Of a stretch of DNA of 64,000 bases, positions 10,654-22,700 are shown piece by piece. Under the pieces are notes generated by a model. The model was not told the DNA's origin and searched no databases. It saw only the letters and a list, made by a program, of their open reading frames with translations. Origin of the DNA: Gordius albopunctatus (lineage: Eukaryota); the NCBI GenBank assembly GCA_964276515.1, contig OZ193909.1, positions 15,004,001-15,068,000 on the forward strand, written 5' to 3'. The first letter of the stretch is position 1. The number at the start of each line of letters is the position of its first letter. The translations under genes were made by a program, and so were the position numbers.

Positions 10654-13008
10654 CAAGGTTTCTTCCAGAAAAAATGCTCCGGGGGGGGGGGTAAAAATTT
10701 TTTGATTGCTAACCATTTTGTATAATATTTACTTATTTTTATTAGTGATATAAGTGTTTTTTTGGAAAAAATAAATCGTTTTTGTTGTAAAGAGAACAGA
10801 CATAGCATAAAGCCCCACCTAAGGCTTTATCGAAAATTAGCCATTTGTATTTAGATGTCCATGAAATCATAAATTTAATATGATGGTTTAAGTTTTAAAT
10901 TTTGCCCGTGTTTTTAACTTTCAGAGACTGAGCAATTAGTAGACCTGCCAATACACTCATCTTTATCAATATATATTAATAAAATAAAAAAAAACTTGCA
11001 TAATTTTAATTACCATCATTTTTATCATAAGAAAGAGAAGAGACAGTCTTCCCAACTCCAGCAGAATTTCAATTTTCATCTTGACCTAAAAGATGAAAAA
11101 ATATATAATACTTCTATATTAAACCAAAATCTTTCTTGCCTCTTGTCGTATCCGTAGATACTCATCCCCCCCCCATGCCCCCTGACACAAAGTGAGTTGA
11201 TTGTAACATCTGTGTACTGATTTTAATATACACATAGTACTGAACCCTACCACTTCAAAGGCGCTACTTGTACATTTAATTTTATTTACGTGTGTGTTAT
11301 TTCTATCAATACGCATCATTGCATTTGATAACGCGTTTCTATTCATTATTATAATTTTGTTTTAGTTAATATAATAAAAATGTAGCTCCTGATTCTCCCT
11401 TCTAAGTACTACTCCCTTTGGGGAGGACAACGCATACTGTAAAGCTGTAAATTCATCTTTATTTAAAGGCCTTATGCTCGTCTCAATATCTCCCAATATC
11501 TTTCTTAAATTCTCCCAATTTATTCTTGATGATTCCCCTTCCTTCAAACTTTTATATTTTAAATCGTATTCTCTTAGGCTTGTCTTAATATCAGCTTTTA
11601 CTGAGCAGCAAAAATCGTTTTACGGGTTATAACATAGCCGTATCTAAACTTCGAATTCACAGCAGATTTACATTTAAGACGCCTAACAAAACTGCGATTA
11701 ATTTCAAGAGTTGAAATAAAGAAAAAAACGTTCTTAACTATCAAAAAACAAAATATTAGTCATTACAACCGAGTTTGACAAATGAAATTGAATCAGATAT
11801 TTGATAAAGATATATTCGCGCCATTTGAATCTGAATACAATATTAAGACAAGCCCTTACGATTACGATACCTCTTTCAGAGTTCATGTGAATTTCACTGA
11901 TGGAAGCAGAATAATATTTGCCTTTAACTTATATATATTTAAAATATCTAATGCTTAAAAATAATTACCATAATTTCCCATAGTAAGGGATAAAACAAGA
12001 GTTTTTTTAATTCAGTCCCATCTTCACCTATTACAAACAAGCATATTCATGCGTTATTTTATATAAACAAAAATACCTATAGTATTCCCCACACATCTCT
12101 TCTCGCCTTTTTCTAATTCAAAATCAAATAGATAAAAAGATATTTTATTTATATCAGAATTTAAATGCATGACAGATAATTATCATTAGTTATAAACATT
12201 ATTTTGTGTATATAAATGTAAATACCATCTGTTTTATTTTGACAATCTATGGAATAAACGAGTTTCTCTGCAGAATTATCCTCCTTTTTTCGTAATACAT
12301 AATTGATTAGACAAAAAAGATCTTTTTTATATGCTTGCAAGCAAATTATCGTTAGTTAATATACATTTAAAATTACCAATATTTTGTTAGTAATATAAAT
12401 ACCATACTTTTCATTATAACATTTAATGGAACAAATCTACAGAACAATTATTCACATCTGCACCTGTTGCATAATTAAAATTATTCCAAATTAAATTTTG
12501 TTTACCATCTTTTTTATTAGGCTTTTCCTTTTTACTAAAGTAGTGTAAAAGAGTACTTTTATATTTACTAGACATCTGCAATTCAAAATAAGCATATTAT
12601 ATCAATAAAAAAAAGTAAGATTGTCATTTAATAATTCTAAAAGCATTTATTTATGTTTATTTACCTATTGATATTTTTTAATTAAAGATAATTTGTAACT
12701 TTCAAGATTGTAAAAAATGCCTATTAAAAACTCGTTTAAATTAGGGTTCACAGATGTTAAAAAATGATGTCTATGAATGATTTCCACCTTATTTGTAAAA
12801 AAAATTTATTTTCGCCAATTTTATATTTTTTTTATTGACAAATTAAAATAATTTATTGAATTTCAATTTTAGCCTATTAATTTTATTTATGACTTCATGA
12901 TGGAACTTGAGTTCATGCTTCAATCAAAACTCTCCGGGAGGGGGGGTATTTGAAATTTCTGGGGCGGTAATACCCCCCCCCCCGGGCTCCCCCCTGAAAG
13001 AAACCCTG
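10654..13008. mobile_element. Non-autonomous hAT-like DNA transposon, 2.35 kb
   Basis: Perfect 8-bp TSD CCTGACGC (10646-10653 and 13009-13016). TIRs CAAGGTTTCTTCCAG / CTGAAAGAAACCCTG, with G/C-run subterminal regions. Confidence 0.85.
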
Positions 13009-13101
13009 CCTGACGCGGATTTATTTCCAAAAAATATAAACGGGCTTCGGCGGGCCTGAGGCTTTTTAAACGGGTACGGACTGGCTTGGACGTGTCTGAC
13101 G

Positions 13102-13271
13102 TAGTGTTGTAAAAAAACTTGAGTTTGTTTAGCCGACCCTTGGTTTTAGTCGATAAACAGAGACCAAACGTTTTTTGGTTTTATTTCTTAGCCGAACTCT
13201 AGGCTTAGTCGAAATTTGGAAAACAGAACAGAGTGGACCTTAAATCAAAACCAGGTCTTTTTACAACACTA
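13102..13271. mobile_element. MITE family B (TIR TAGTGTTGTAAAAA...TTTTTACAACACTA)
   Basis: Clear TIRs with internal TTAGTCGA/TTAGCCGA subrepeats. Related copies at ~15782, 34851-34997 and 50721-50883. Confidence 0.8.
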
Positions 13272-13346
13272 ACCTGATTTTCTAAAAAAAAGACGGGCTT
13301 AGACCAATCTTTTAAAAACGGCCTGTTGCAGATCTCCACTCTTGAG

Positions 13347-13505
13347 CATGGGCGTAGCCATACTTAGGATTAGAGGGGGAAAATAATGTTTTAGGAAGAG
13401 GAAAAATGATTATTTTTTGAAATTTTAGATCAAGATTTATGAAATTTTAACAGATTTTTTGATTCAGAAAAAGAGAGTAGCCCCTCCAACTTGGCTAGAC
13501 CCATG
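13347..13505. mobile_element. MITE family A copy, ~210 bp upstream of the TPR ATG
   Basis: catgggcgtagcca ... tggctagacccatg termini; imperfect 8-bp TSD (ctcttgag/cttctgag). Confidence 0.75.
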
Positions 13506-13713
13506 CTTCTGAGGGCCTATAGTTAAGCCACTGAAGATCATAAGAACCAACAAAAGGATAGCCAGGATGACTAATGAATTTATATATAATATACTTGAAA
13601 CATCGATTTTATCCCTATATATTTTAATATCATTTATTTTCATGCTGCAAGCTAACATCTGATCCATGCATAAAATGATTCATACTCATATTTAAATTTT
13701 CGGCATTGCTAAA

Positions 13714-16700
13714 ATGGATGAAGCTGTAAACGTGATAATAAATGATATATTAGGCCCCAATTACATTAGCAATGTTAATTCAAATATATTAAATAACATT
13801 CGTAAATATGTGGAAAAGACAGTTCTATATCAAGAAACTTTAAATGAAGAAATTGAAAAATTTAAGACTGAATCAGGTTGACAATCTTATTAGTTTTTTA
13901 TTTTCTTATTTTAGAACAAAATACTTTTGCATTGGAAAATTCTCTTCTTACTTATGAAAAGAATATTGATGATTTACAAATTAAATTGGCTGATAGAGAT
14001 GAGCAATACAATCATCTAGGCAAGTTTAGGTTATTCTTCAATTATATTTGCAAATTTAGATGAGAAATACAAAGATTCCCAAAATGGAACATCAAATTTA
14101 AATGAGAAGATAGAGGAAAATAATTTGACAATTGTAATTTTAGGATTTATTATTGTAAAAAAATATATAGGAAAATATAAAATCCCAAAATAAACTTTTG
14201 ACTCTTGAAAATAACAACCTAAAATCTTTAAATTTGGAAAAACAAAATGTTATTACAGGGTTACAAAGTATTTAACTAGCATTAACCTACAATATATTTC
14301 AGATGATCTCAAAATGATATCACAAAAACTTTTACAAATCACAACTCTTAAAAATGATTGTATAGTAAAAATTGATCAAAAGAACGAAAGAATTATAGAG
14401 TTGGAAGTGATTATTAATATTATTAACATTATATTGAAATTTTAGTTAGAGTTAAAACAAAATATTAAATACAAAGAATCTTTGATCAATCAAGCTAAGG
14501 ATTTTGATGAGGAACTCCTGAAAAAAGAAAATAATATAACTTTACTTATTAAAGAAAAAGTAAACTAAATGTATGTTTATCTAATTCATATATTAGACCC
14601 AACAAATTTCTCTTTTGAATAATAAAAATGAAGAGCTAGAATGTTCACTCAATAGCTTATTAAAAAAGTTAGATAAAATGAATGATAGAGTTTATCATTA
14701 TGAATCTCAAAACTCAGAGTTGATTGAAAAAATTTATCAGGTAATTAGTACACATGAATACATAACATTCCAAAAGTTATTATTTATTACTTTTTATCAT
14801 TAAATATTTATTAGTAAACTATATTTGATGTATTAATATTTCATTTGTAATCCCTTTTACCAAATTACTTTGAGTTTATAAATTTATTATTGGATGATGA
14901 TAATCAAATATCTTTTAAATCTTATACTCAATTATTATGTTAAAATTTAGTATTTAAAAGAGATTATTGAGCAGCTTTAAATTTTTGTTTGGTCCTGCTG
15001 CAGCCTTTATCATTAAACTGTTGTGTATTTAATATGAAAAGAAAACTATTTATTTTTAAGGCTAATTTAATTTGTGATATGCTTTTTTACTTAACCCCAA
15101 CTAATCTATTTAGTTCAACATTAATTACCTATTTAAATAGCTTTTTAATTTTACAAAATTTAGATGGAAATGGAGTACACCCAAAAAGAGAGTGACTTGC
15201 AGAATCAATTGAAAATTTCTGAGCAAAAAGGCAAGACTTTGGAGCAATCCTGTAAGGAATCCATGGGAAAGTATGAACAGTTGAAATTGTCATTGGAGGA
15301 GATGAAAAAAGTGTTGGTAGAAACCCAAAAAAGTTACAAAATAATTGATATCGAGTTAAAGCAGCTCAAAAAGATTCACACCCAAAGCATTGCTGACAAA
15401 GGTCATTATTCCAAATATTTATTACTTTTAACATCAAAAGGGCAGAATTATTTGGAGATTTTTTGGTGCGCTTTAGAAATTAGTTAAATTTAGATTTTAG
15501 AAACAATTATAAATACTAAGTACAAATTAATAAGAGTTTTAACAAATTTGTTTACATGTACAAAATTTGGATTAAAAGTAACAAGAAGTTTTGCTAATTG
15601 AAGTTTTAGAATTAAACATGGCCCCGCTGTAACCATACCTCATAAAATCTTTACTTTATATGGTTTGCGATTGAAGAAATGGAAAAGAATTATATCTTTT
15701 TCCTAAAGTTTGCCTTTAAAAATTAGCCTAAACAGAGTGTTTATACATTTGATCTAAAATGACAATTAGTGATATGCACCCTAGTGTTGTAAGCAGACCC
15801 GGGTTTTGTTTAGGTGAATTTAGTGGACCTTTGGTGTTAGTCAAATGACCTTTAGGCTAAGTCGAAATTTGGAAATTTTGTAAGTCTTTCTCTGGGCAAA
15901 AACCCAGGTTTTAATGAAAGTTTTTGCCCCTTTACTTGGCTCTCCATTTTGTTTGGCGCTCGTGAGAGTGTCTCGAAGGTGATAATTTTCCAAGCCAAAC
16001 TAACCGCAAACACTATCAACATCTACCCTCCTAATATTGAATGGCATACATCTTAGGGGAGCGCCAATTTAGCGTGCTCTGCTTTATAACCCTTCATTTT
16101 GCCATTATATATCCTCTTTATCGTATAGATGCCAAAATCAGGGAACTCGGGAAGGAGGTGGAAGAATTGAAGAAGAAAAGTAGCACTAAAAGCCAAAATG
16201 AGGGCGAAAAGTCCGTGAAAAGTAAATTTTACTCTATTGCGCAATAAGCTTCCCGACCCCTTTATATACCTCTTTCCAACAGTTGGCCCTTTTACCCAAT
16301 AAACAGTTGAAGTATGACGATATAAAGCAATATACTTCAACATTCTTTTTAAAACTTAGATGGCCCTCGCGGTTTTGCACTTTAGGAGGAATTAATTGCA
16401 TTTTTAGTGCGCTCCCTTTTAAAAGCTATTTTAGATTTTGGTCCCTACACTTCTGGTTTATAATGTACTTTATTGCCTTACTTATTTTTGTTATGGACTA
16501 GAGGATATCTAGGGTATAACGGATTTCGTGATACATGACACCTTATAACGAAAATGGTTATTACCACTTTGTTAAAGTAGATAATAATAACCTCAATTCT
16601 CAAGTAAAAGATTCTAAATATGATTGTTGTTAGGTCCAAATTTTCAAAAAGGCCATTTTTTTATAAATATGTAAGGCTCTGATGTTGAAAAAAATCAAAA

Positions 16701-19700
16701 TATTATACTTTAAAAAATGTTTAATTGTATTTTGTAATGTTTTTAGTTATAGAATTGCCGGCGGGGGAAGAAGATGAATTAATCACAGACCTGAGCTACG
16801 CGCAATTGTACGGCAAGTACGTTGAAGTTAGCAGCGGATTGCGGTCTGTTAAGAGCGAAAATCAAAAACTCGTCCACAGCATGGATTGCATCATGCAGGT
16901 ACACAACCCATTTTAAATTTATCTTAACTTCATTACTTTCTCCCTAAAACCTTACTTAAAATAGTGTTGGCCCAGGCGCGTAGCCAAGGGGGCAGAAAGC
17001 GGGAATTTTCTACCCCCTTCACGAAAAGTTTGGAATTTTTTTGAAGATCTATGTCCTTTTTTAAGGTACATAAAAGAAGCGATAGTAAATGCTCTGATTA
17101 ATGAAGAGAAGACATTTTTCCAAAGCTGGTTATCTAGCGCGCCTCGAAGTTTCGCATATGCATTGTACGCGAAGTTTACTTTTGTTACATTATAAATAAA
17201 AGTGTGGAAACACTACGCGCCTGTGTTGGCCCATTTTTAATTAAGAACTGTTTGATACCAAATTATGTGTAATTCTAGTTTTCTAAGATAGGCTAATGAA
17301 AAGAATTTTGGCGTAGTTTAAATCCTAGTTATACATAATTTGTGGTTCCATAAGCTAGATCCATTGCTCATTGGCTCGACTATTTTGTGATGCGCAGTTG
17401 TTTCTAAGCAATATTGGTTAATTTTAAGTTTTAGTTAAGTTTAAACAAAGGTCTTTAGCTACTTGAATATTAGAAAATACCTTACGCTATTTAAATGCCC
17501 AAAGGAAATCGAGAGAAAGGCCCCCGTGCTAATAAAGCAAGGTTACGAGTATAAAAACGCGCTCAAAACTATTGCCGTCCTTACTAACGAACTCCAACGC
17601 GCCAACGGACAGCTAGATAACGTCAAGTCTTCCAAGCAAGATTTAACGTTGGAACTCAAAATTGTGAAACAACACTGCGTCCGACTTAAGTCTTACATAC
17701 TAACACTGAGGGAAGAAGCTAAGGAATCGAGCGGTCTTGGAGGAGCGGAAGGGGAGGGAGACCAGAGTTTTGGCGATGATAGCATTACTACTACTACACC
17801 GCACCGCGGGGCTCCTCACATTTACTTGGCTCCGCATAAAAGGTTGAGAGAAACTACACCCTCGTCAACTTAGATTTTTGTTGACAGGGTTAGGTTTAAA
17901 ATATATTTGACCGTTCAGAAATTGGTTGTTGAGAATAAAATCGATATTTTTTAATTTCTGCCATGTCTGCTATGGAGATACCTGGGTCGTGTAATGAAAT
18001 ACAAGGCTATTTTTTGCAAAATCTATTTTTATAGCTGCAGTGAGGATTTCATTTATGTAATAGCAGTTTTCTAATGATTGCTGCGGTCTTAAGTGTAGTC
18101 ATTTCATTAATTAATAGATGAATAAAGTAAAAATAAAAACCGGCACTTGCCACATCATAGTAAAGTGGGTCCGAATGTCTGGTTTTTAACCTGATATCAC
18201 CACAATTACAACAAAGAATATAACTCTACTAACTCACACCAAAAATTTGAAGGAACGACTTAATTTTCTGCCCTCTTTTTAGTCTGGTTTTAATGAATTT
18301 TTAATAATTTTATGCAAGGGGGAGGTCGGAGGCTAGGTTAGCGCCTAACGCCTTGATAGATAGCATATTGGAGAACGTGGACGAGGGTGAGATGGAAGAC
18401 GCCAAAGATATCTTGGAACTTTCGGAAAAGATTGCGGGCCTGGAAACGGAGATGGTGCAGTTTAGAGATGTCAACGAAGATCAGGTACCACATAATTGTT
18501 TATGCCCTAAATATTGTTGCCTTGGGGTCTAAATGACCCCAAAAGATTAAACCGTGGGCGACGAAGTTTATAATTTAACCTTTATTTGGAATTAATTTGA
18601 TAGTAAATTAAGCCTTTCAGTTTGCGATAAAATGGGAAATACTTAATTTTTCTACCTGACTTAACGTGAGATGAAATTGCATTGACTTGATATACTACGC
18701 AAGTGATCTCCAATAACAGGAATACCCAAATTTACCCTGAATTTCTACAATTGCTAAGTTTTAATTAAAATGTGGTTTTTAAAAAGGAAAATATAATAGC
18801 CTATGACCTTTAACTATTTGGTCAGTTTTGTGTATGTTTGAGCAAGGCTTTAAAATAATTAAATGTGCGTGCTAGAAAAAAGTTATCGAAGCACTGAAGA
18901 GGCAAAAGGATACCTATCATCAAATGTTGGTAGAGAGTGGATTGTTCAGTTCTAAGCGCAACAACATCTCGAATTCTAACGATTCTCTCGCCCTGGATTC
19001 AACTAGCGAACGAGACGGCACTTCTATCAATCTTGGTAATATAACTCATCCGATAATTTTAAATTTTGTTTGAAAAATTGTTCAAAATTGGTGGAGCTCT
19101 TTTAAGTGTTAAAAATTGTCTTTATAGAGGTGTTAAAGATGCCTATTACACTCGTGGCCGATAATTAGAGCTGTACATTTAAAAAAGTAGCCCGCTACGT
19201 TTTATGGCTACCTTAAACATTAAATAACATCTTTACCTAGGTGATTTTATAACGGAAATCTAAAAAAGAGATTATTATTTAACTTGATTTCAAAATTCCA
19301 GTAAAAATTGAAGCTTGACTCGTGTTTTGACTTGAGCTAGACGACCCAGTGATTTTAAAACAAAGTTAATTGTAGTCCCTAAGATCTAACTTTATTACCC
19401 AATATATATCCTTACTAAAGTTACTTCTGTTCACCAGTTTCACACAGTGGCCCCTTTATAATATTGCATTGCTTATATTTCGCCAAATTTTATTATTACC
19501 TTATTAATTAATTTGCCCCAAAGGTGACACTAGTTACTTTCGAGATGACATAGTTATCAAGATGACAACCGAACTGGAACGGATCAAGAAGGATTACGTT
19601 GATCAAGAGAAAGGATTGAAAGCCCGCTTACAGGAATGCGAATTGCAAATAAACGAATACAAGCTAAAAGAATCCAAAATTAACTACGAAGTATATATTT

Positions 19701-22700
19701 AATATTATTTTTTATTGCGAAAATAGAAGTGAATGGGTTTTTACTTTTAAAAACCTATTGTTTATATAAGTAACTTGCGTAAGTTTTGACATGTGAATCA
19801 ACTAAAAAGTTGATTTCTTTTCAGAGACCAGATTGCCCGGCCCGGCAACAGTCTTAAATTTTTATTTTCGGGTGGGCCCGGGCGGCCGGCACGAAGTTAG
19901 GATTAGGGCAATTTGGGCTTAATAAGATTTTTTAAACAGTGTATTATTTTGTTACTTTTTATTTTATTGCATATTAAAATACTAAAAAAGTTAAGAAACT
20001 TGATTTCGCCATCACAAAGTTTCTCCAATTAACCTTTATTATTTCCTTATCATTCGTCGCTTTCGCTAAGTTACTAGTTATTTTCATGATAAAAAATTTC
20101 TATGCCTTTCTTTTTTGCTTTAAGTTCAAAGAATTATCCATAAATTGCATTTAAATTCTATTGATAAATTATTGTCTTTTTATCAAAAAGTAAGTTTTAA
20201 CAGAGCACAGATTGACTAATTGAACTAATTTTATTCATTAAGAAGTTTATTTATGGGCAGGGCAAAGGAGTTAACTCAAAAGGGGAGTATAATTTCGTTT
20301 ATTGTAATATTATTTATTAAATATGTAAACTTTAAAGTTAATTAAAAAATTTCTACATAAATATTTTCATGGACTTGTTTTTTTAAGTATGCCATTAATT
20401 TAACGCTTATTTTTTAATTGTGGTTGAAAGAATTTGAGATCGCAAGATTTCTGGCCTATCAAGCAAATTTAATATTCCGGGCGGGCTCGGATGGGCAATA
20501 AAAAATTGGACCGGGCCGGGTTCGGGCATAAAATTCCTAACAAATCTGACCTCTGTGCTTTATAGTGATGTTTTTGTGAGATGTCACAACATTTTTGAAT
20601 TTGCACTTCCTTATGTCCATTATGTAAGCTATTAAAATTATGGTTAGCCAGTTTAGCAATTATCCGTAATAAAGCAACAACTTAGACAAGTTGCCAAGGG
20701 CTCCTAAACGATAAAGGCATTTGGGCCCGGGCGAGGTCGAAAGAACTTATGCTAACCAGGAGCGGACATAAGCAATTATGCGAAAGCAAAACAAAAGCCT
20801 TTTAAGGAAGCATTATCCACAACACCCATTAAAAATCCGTATAAATTTCTATCGCGATTATCAAAAAGCCAAGTCTGACAAGACAGGAGATGGCCGTAGC
20901 CAGGGGTGGGACGACTGCCCCCCTCTAAATCCAAAAATTAATATAATTATGGCTAAAAGTACTAAAAATTATTATTTTGCGCTTCCCTAAATCTTTATTG
21001 CCCCCCCCCCAAATCCTATTTTGACGCCTATGGGACAGGACAACCAAAAAGGAGCCCATAAATTGCATAGCAATTAATAGCTTACGTCTTATTTGATATG
21101 AAATGCGTAGAGAGCTAATACTTTAAAATAAATTTTTAATAGTTGCATCTGCTCAAGGAAAATATGTATGGCCTGAAGAGTAAATACGAAGAGTGCCAAG
21201 CAGAATTGATAGAGGTTCAGAGCAAGGTATCTCAAAGTGCTGTGAAATACAGCGAAAAACAAGAGAAAATCGATCAACTAACTACGGTAATTTACCTGTT
21301 TTATTAAAAATTAGATATGTTTTACGCTAAAAATGATAATTTTGCCAATAACTAAAACTATGTCACTGAAATATTGTTCATTTTGTTTTAAAACTCAAAT
21401 TTATAAGTTCATTAAACAAAAGACTCTTTTTAGGATTTATTATCGGGATTTGAAGATGTTAAAAATGAATTACATTTTATATAATATTTCGTCCTCATAA
21501 AGGACATCAATAAATACTATATAAATTAAAACTTTGTGACTTTTGATTATTTCCAATGTTTTATCTTGTTCTACTCTTTCTTAGGAATTGACGATGGCTA
21601 ACCAGAAAGTTTCCGGGCTAGAATATAGAATAACACGGATCCGAGCTGAAAAAGAGATGCTAGAAAGTGAACGCGACCAAATGGACAAGTTAAAAAGTGC
21701 CAACGCCCGTGAAGAAACCAAATACGCAGCTATTTTGGAAAACCTGAAAACGCTACAAGTAATTAAACGCTTGGAAATAAAAAAGGGTTTGAATAGGAGG
21801 AGAGCGAATTGATATGAGTAAATATTTCACTTCTAATTTTTTTGTACGAAAATCAAAAGTGTTTTTACTCATAATAAATGATATGGCTGGAAGTGTTAGT
21901 TAAGTAAGAGCACAGTGCTTTAAAGAATTGAAATGTTGCTAGTTATTACTAAACTTTAACAGCCAACTACGGTGTATGAAGTGAAGAAGCAAAGTTTGTT
22001 GTCAATATTTTTTATATCAGCCATACGTAATAAACGGATTTAACTTGCAAGATATCAAATATTTTTAGTCATTTACTTTTTATTATGTTTAACCCTCGAG
22101 AGTATTCCTGAAAATCCCGATCGCAGAGCATTCGTGGGGTATATTTGGCCCCATTTTTTAACTAATTATAACTATCGAACTATTAATTGAAATTATCTCA
22201 TATCATATTTAAATTGATGGTATAAATTTTGATAAATATAATTAAACAATATTACAAAAATTATTAACATTTTCCCTGATGCCTCGCCTCATTTTACCTC
22301 TTAACATTATATACCATGTAATGAATCAAAATTAAAATTATTTTTTATTAAAAGAAAGTCGGAACTGGATAAAAAATATAATTGCACAAACATATGATGA
22401 TAAATACAAACATTTATTCGTGGGGTACACAGGAGCCCTGTGGCCAAAGAGATGATATATTTAGAAAAGTAGTGGGCCAAAAGTTATAAGATATTCACCA
22501 AATTCAGTTCTCGGTAAAATATTAGACCACTTAAAAGGCCAGATCAATTCGTCTTTAAACGCGTTTTATATTTAAGTTTATAACTATCGTGGGGTCCATG
22601 GTGTCCCGCGAATGCACTAGAAGGTTTGAAGAGCACTCTATTTTTTTGAGCGCGACGAGCATTTGTTAGTTTTGCTTCACTGAATCCTATTTTTTAGTCA

